Source: Eledone cirrhosa | Lineage: Eukaryota | Direction: 5' to 3' | Length of the DNA stretch: 64,000 bases | NCBI GenBank assembly: GCA_964016885.1 | Contig: OZ024747.1 | Location: 52,018,001 to 52,082,000, forward strand | Part shown: positions 58,259 through 64,000 of the stretch, in pieces | Layout: the number at the start of each line of letters is the position of its first letter | Numbering within the stretch: position 1 is the stretch's first letter | The notes under the pieces: generated by a model | Told to the model about the DNA's origin: nothing | What the model saw: the letters and a program-made list of their open reading frames with translations, nothing else | The model's database searches: none | Program-made: the position numbers and the translations under genes

Positions 58259-58624
58259 AGATTGATAGATAGACAGAAGGAGAGTGAGAGAGAGGGAGAG
58301 AAAGAGAAAAAAAAGAGAGTAGAGTAGAGTGAGAGGGAGATCGATAGAACGTTACATATTTCAGCACGAATTGGTTAAAAATTGAAAGAAAAGATCGAGA
58401 CAGAAAAACTAGAAGGAGAGTTGGGGTGGGAGGGAAGGAGGGGGAGAGGGGGGGGGGGATCTCGATAAAAGAAAGAATGAGAGAAAGAGAAGGAGCTAGA
58501 AGAGTGTTAGGAAGAGGAGAAAGTGAGTGAATGGTTGCTGCATGATTGGGTTTCGCCAGAGTATGAGAAGAAATTTTAATCCCTACGTAAAAGACGGACA
58601 TCAAAGATGGATACTCTCTGGATG

Positions 58625-60125
58625 TGTTGTGGTGGTGGTGGTGGGGTACTGGTGGTGGTGTACTGATGGTGGTGGTGGTGTACTGGTGGTGGTGGTGGTG
58701 GTGGTGTACTGGTGGTGGTGGTGGTGGTGGTGTACTGGTGGTGGTAAAGGTAGTGGTGGTGGTGGTGGTGTACTGGTGGTGGTGGTGGTGTACTGGTGGT
58801 GGTGGTGTACTGGTGGTAGTGTACTGGTGGTGGTGTACTGGTGGTGGTGGTGTACTGGTGGTGGTGTACTGGTGGTGTACTGGTGGTGGTGATGGTGTAC
58901 TGGTGGTGGTGTACTGGTGGTGGTGGTGGTGTACTGGTGGTGGTGGTGGTAATGGTAGTGGTGGTGGTGTACTGGTGGTGGTGGTGTGGTGTACTGGTGG
59001 TGGTGGTGTACTGGTGGTGGTGGTATACTGGTGTACTGGTGGTGGTAATGGTAGTGGTGGTGGTGGTATGGTGTACTGGTGGTGGTGGGGTACTGGTGGT
59101 GGTAATGGTAGTGGTGGTGGTGTACTGGTGGTGTACTGGTGGTGGTGGTGGTGTACTGGTGGTGGTGTACTGGTGGTGGTGGTGTAGTGTACTAGTGGTA
59201 GTAATGGTAGTGGTGGTGGTGTACTGGTGGTGGTGGTGTGGTGAACTGGTGGTAGTAATGGTAGTGGTGGTGGTGTACTGGTGGTGGTGGTGGTGGTATA
59301 CTGGTGGTGGTGGTATACTGGTGGTGTAATGGTGGTGGTGGTGTACTGGTGGTGGTGGTGTACTGGTGGTGGTGGTGTACTGGTGGTGGTGTACTGGTGG
59401 TGGTGGTGTACTGGTGGTGGTGGTGTACTGGTGGTGGTGGTGGTGGTGTACTGGTGGTGGTGGTATACTGGTGCTGGTGGTATACTGGTGGTGTAATGGT
59501 AGTGGTGGTGTAATGGTGGTGGTGGTGTACTGGTGGTGGTGGTGGTAGTGTACTGGTGGTGGTGGTATACTGGTGGTGTAATGGTGGTGGTGGTGTACTG
59601 GTGGTGGTGTACTGGTGGTGGTGGTGTACTGGTGGTGGTGGTGGTGTACTGGTGGCGGTGGTGTACTGGTGGTGGTGGTGTACTGGTGGTGTACTGGTGG
59701 TGGTGGTGTACTGGTGGTGTACTGGTGGTGTACTGGTGGTGGTGGTGTGGTGGTGGTGGTGTGGTGGTGGTGTACTGGTGGTGTACTGGTGGTGGTGGTG
59801 TACTGGTGGTGGTGGTGTATTGGTGGTGGTGGTGTAGTGTACTAGTGGTAGTAATGGTAGTGGTGGTGGTGTACTGGTGGTGGTGGTGTGGTGAACTGGT
59901 GGTAGTAATGGTAGTGGTGGTGTACTGGTGGAGGTAGTGTAGTGTACTAGTGGTAGTAATGGTAGTGGTGGTGGTTTACTGGTGGTGGCGGTGGGGTGTA
60001 CTAGTGGTAGTAATGGTAGTGGTGGTGGTGTACTGGTGGTGGTGGTGTGGTGTACTGGTGGTGGTGGTGTGGTGTAGAGATGGCAGTGATGGTGGTGGTG
60101 GTGGGGTTGTGGTGTAGTGATGGTG
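58625..60125. repeat. (GGT)n-GTACT variable minisatellite
   Basis: Direct reading. Confidence 0.95.
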
Positions 60126-60399
60126 GGGGTGGTGCTTGTGGTGGTAATGTTGAGGTGTTGTGTCGGTGGTAGTGGAATTGGTGGTAATGATGGTTGTGTT
60201 GCTGGCGCTGGTGTGAGTGCTGGTGATGGTGGTGGTGGTGGTTTGGTATTGTGTTTGAGTCCTTTGTTTGTGATGTATGGTATAGTCTTGTGTTGTAGTG
60301 GTGTGTTGCGTTGGTGTGGTGGTAATTGCGGTGCTGCCGCTGGTGGTGGCTGCGAGTAAAGGTCAAGGTCTCGTGTGTTGGTGTATTGCATTACAATTA

Positions 60400-63300
60400 A
60401 TTTGGTGGTGGTTGTGGTACTGTTGTTGGTAGCGTTGTGAGTGATGGTGGGATGTGTTAGTACATTGTATTATAGTTGGTTTAGTGGTGGTTGTGGTACT
60501 GTTGCTGGTGGTGATGTTGGTGGTTGTGAGTGATGGTGGGAGGTGTTAATACATTGTATTATAGTTGGTTTAGTGGTGGTTGTGATCCCGTTGCTGGTGG
60601 TGGTGTTGGTGGTTGTGAGTGATGGTGGGGTGTGTTAGTACATTGTATGATAGTTGGTTTAGTGGTGGTTGTGGTATTGTTGCTGGTGGTGGTGTTGGTG
60701 GTTGTGAGTGATGGTGGGATGTGTTAGTACATTGTATTATAGTTGGTTTAGTGGTGGTTGTGGTACTGTTGCTGGTGGTGGTGTTGGTGGTTGTGAGTGA
60801 TGGTGGGATGTGTTAGTACATTGTATTATAGTTGGTTTAGTGGTGGTTGTGGTATTGTTGCTGGTGGTGGTGTTGGTGGTTGTGAGTGATGGTGGGATGT
60901 GTTAGTACATTGTATTATAGTTGGTTTAGTGGTGGTTGTGGTATTGTTGCTGGTGGTGGTGTTGGTGGTTGTGAGTGATGGTGGGATGTGTTAGTACATT
61001 GTATTATAGTTGGTTTAGTGGTGGTTGTGGTATTGTTGCTGGTGGTGGTGTTGGTGGTTGTGAGTGATGGTGGGATGTGTTAGTACATTGTATTATAGTT
61101 GGTTTAGTGGTGGTTGTGGTATTGTTGCCGGTGGTGGTGTTGGTGGTTGTGAGTGGTGGTGGGATGTGTTAGTACATTGTATTATAGTTGGTTTAGTGGT
61201 GGTTGTGGTATTGTTGCTGGTGGTGGTGTTGGTGGTTGTGAGTGATGGTGGGATGTGTTAGTACATTGTATTATAGTTGGTTTAGTGGTGGCTGTGGTAT
61301 TGTTGCTGGTGGTGGTGTTGGTGGTTGTGAGTGATGGTGGGATGTGTTAGTACATTGTATTATAGTTGGTTTAGTGGTGGTTGTGGTATTGTTGCTGGTG
61401 GTGGTGTTGGTGGTTGTGAGTGATGGTGGGATGTGTTAGTACATTGTATTATAGTTGGTTTAGTGGTGGTTGTGGTACTGTTGCTGGTGGTGGTGTTGGT
61501 GGTTGTGAGTGATGGTGGGATGTGTTAGTACATTGTATTATAGTTGGTTTAGTGGTGGTTGTGGTACTGTTGCTGGTGGTGGTGTTGGTGGTTGTGAGTG
61601 GTGGTGGGATGTGTTAGTAGATTGTATGATAGTTGGTTTGGTGGTGGTTGTGGTACTGTTGCTGGTGGTGGTGTTGGTGGTTGTGAATGGTGGTGGGATG
61701 TGTTAGTACATTGTATGATAGTTGGTTTAGTGGTGGTTGTGGTACTGTTGCTGGTGGTGGTGTTGGTGGTTGTGAGTGATGGTGGGAGGTGTTAATACAT
61801 TGTATTATAGATGGTTTAGTGGTGGTTGTGGTACTGTTGCTGGTGGTGTTGGTGGTTGTGAGTGATGGTGGCAGGTGTTAATACATTGTATTATAGATGG
61901 TTTAGTGGTGGTTGTGGTACTGTTGCTGGTGGTGGTGGTGTTGGTGGTTGTGAGTGATGGTGGGATGTGTTAGTACATTGTATTATAGTTGGTTTAGTGG
62001 TGGTTGTGGTACTGTTGCTGGTGGTGGTGTTGGTGGTTGTGAGTGATGGTGGGATGTGTTAGTACATTGTATTATAGTTGGTTTAGTGGTGGTTGTGGTC
62101 CCGTTGCTGGTGGTGGTGTTGGTGGTTGTAGGTGATGGTGGGATGTGTTAGTACATTGTATTATAGTTGGTTTAGTGGTGGTTGTGGTATTGTTGCTGGT
62201 GGTGGTGTTGGTGGTTGTGGTATTGTTGCTGGTGGTGGTGTTGGTGGTTGTGAGTGATGGTGGGATGTGTTAGAACATTGTATTATAGTTGGTTTAGTGG
62301 TGGTTGTGGTACTGTTGCTGGTGGTGGTGTTGGTGGTGGTTGTGAGTGATGGTGGGATGTGTTAGTAGATTGTATGATAGTTGGTTTAGTGGTGGTTGTG
62401 GTACTGTTGCTGGTGGTGGTGTTGGTGGTGGTTGTGAGTGATGGTGGGATGTGTTAGTACATTGTATGATAGTTGGTTTAGTGGTGGTTGTGGTACTGTT
62501 GCTGATGATGGTGTTGGTGGTTGTGAGTGATGGTGGGATGTGTTAGTACATTGTATTATAGTTGGTTTAGTGGTGGTTGTGGTACTGTTGCTGGTGGTGG
62601 TGTTGGTGGTTGTGAGTGATGGTGGGATGTGTTAGTACATTGTATTATAGTTGGTTTAGTGGTGGTCGTGGTACTGTTGCTGGTGGTGGTGTTGGTGGTT
62701 GTGAGTGATGGTGGGATGTGTTAGTACATTGTATTATAGTTGGTTTAGTGGTGGTTGTGGTACTGTTGCTGGTGGTGGTGTTGGTGGTTGTGAGTGATGG
62801 TGGGATGTGTTAGTACATTGTATTATAGTTGGTTTAGTGGTGGTTGTGGTACTATTGCTGGTGGTGGTGTTGGTGGTTGTGAGTGGTGGTGGGATGTGTT
62901 AGTACATTGTATGATAGTTGGTTTAGTGGTGGTTGTGGTACTATTGCTGGTGGTGGTGTTGGTGGTTGTGAGTGGTGGTGGGATGTGTTAGTACATTGTA
63001 TGATAGTTCGTTTAGTGGTGGTTGTGGTACTCTTACTGGTGGTGGTGTTGGTGGTTGTGAGTGGTGGTGGGATGTGTTAGTACATTGTATGATAGTTGGT
63101 TTATTGGTGGTTGTGGTACTGTTGCTGGTGGTGGTGTTGGTGGTTGTGAGTGATGGTGGGATGTGTTAGTACATTGTATGATAGTTGGTTTAGTGGTGGT
63201 TGTGGTACTGTTGCTGGTGGTGGTGTTGGTGGTTGTGAGTGATGGTGGGATGTGTTAGTACATTGTATTATAGTTGCTTTAGTGGTGGTTGTGGTATTGT

Positions 63301-64000
63301 TGCTGGTGGTGGTGTTGGTGGTTGTGAGTGATGGTGGGATGTGTTAGTAGATTGTATTATAGTTGGTTTGGTGGTGGTTGTGGTATTGTTGCTGGTGGTG
63401 GTATTGGTGGTTGTGAGTGATGGTGGGATGTGTTAGTACATTGTATTATAGTTGGTTTGGTGGTGGTTGTGGTATTGTTGCTGGTGGTGGTGTTGGTGGT
63501 TGTGAGTGATGGTGGGATGTGTTAGTACATTGTATTATAGTTGGTTTAGTGGTGCTTGTGGTACTGTTGCTGGTGGTGGTGTTGGTGGTTGTGAGTGATG
63601 GTGCGATGTGTTAGTACATTGTATGATAGTTGGTTTAGTGGTGGTTGTGGTACTGTTGCTGGTGGTGGTGTTGGTGGTTGTGAGTGATGGTGGGATGTGT
63701 TAGTACATTGTATTATAGTTGCTTTAGTGGTGGTTGTGGTACTGTTGCTGGTGGTGGTGTTGGTGGTTGTGAGTGATGGTGGGATGTGTTAGTACATTGT
63801 ATTATAGTTGGTTTAGTGGTGGTTGTGGTACTGTTGCTGGTGGTGGTGTTGGTGGTTGTGAGTGATGGTGGGATGTGTTAGTACATTGTATTATAGTTGC
63901 TTTAGTGGTGGTTGTGGTACTGTTGCTGGTGGCGGTGTTGGTGGTTGTGAGTGATGGTGGGATGTGTTAGTACATTGTATTATAGTTGCTTTAGTGGTGG
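60400..64000. repeat. 89-bp G/T-rich tandem satellite (~40 units, runs off the window)
   Basis: Unit GTGAGTGATGGTGGGATGTGTTAGTACATTGTATTATAGTTGGTTTAGTGGTGGTTGTGGTACTGTTGCTGGTGGTGGTGTTGGTGGTT. ORF starts at 62794, 62883 and 62972 confirm the 89-bp period. Confidence 0.95.

Noticed and set aside
59192-60391. 399-aa Pro/His/Thr-rich ORF (extensin- or mucin-like)
   Set aside because: Translation of the (ACC)n-AGTAC minisatellite; the frame drifts between repeat phases.

Overview
AT-rich, microsatellite-dense eukaryotic non-coding DNA. The SINE families and repeat landscape suggest a cephalopod mollusc such as an octopus (inference). I see no convincing host gene, rRNA, tRNA or CRISPR array, and almost all listed ORFs are translations of microsatellites. 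The window holds about 20 copies of a tRNA-derived Meta/MESC-core-like SINE, two other SINE-like families, 3' fragments of CRE-, R4/Dong-, RTE- and Tx1-like non-LTR retrotransposons, non-autonomous Helitrons, Tc1/mariner-like remnants and two satellites (43 bp and 89 bp units). The main hidden signal is about 20 type I hammerhead-ribozyme motifs (stem I-CUGANGA-stem II-GAAA-stem III-UH-stem I') from at least 7 sequence families between 3 and 51 kb. Most have the minimal palindromic stem III typical of Penelope-like element pLTRs, and many sit in head-to-head fold-back palindromes. They include one fully canonical GUC hammerhead, one with an ~83-nt stem II, and a tandem pair 449 nt apart resembling a retrozyme. 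All structures were folded by eye and coordinates may be off by a few bases.
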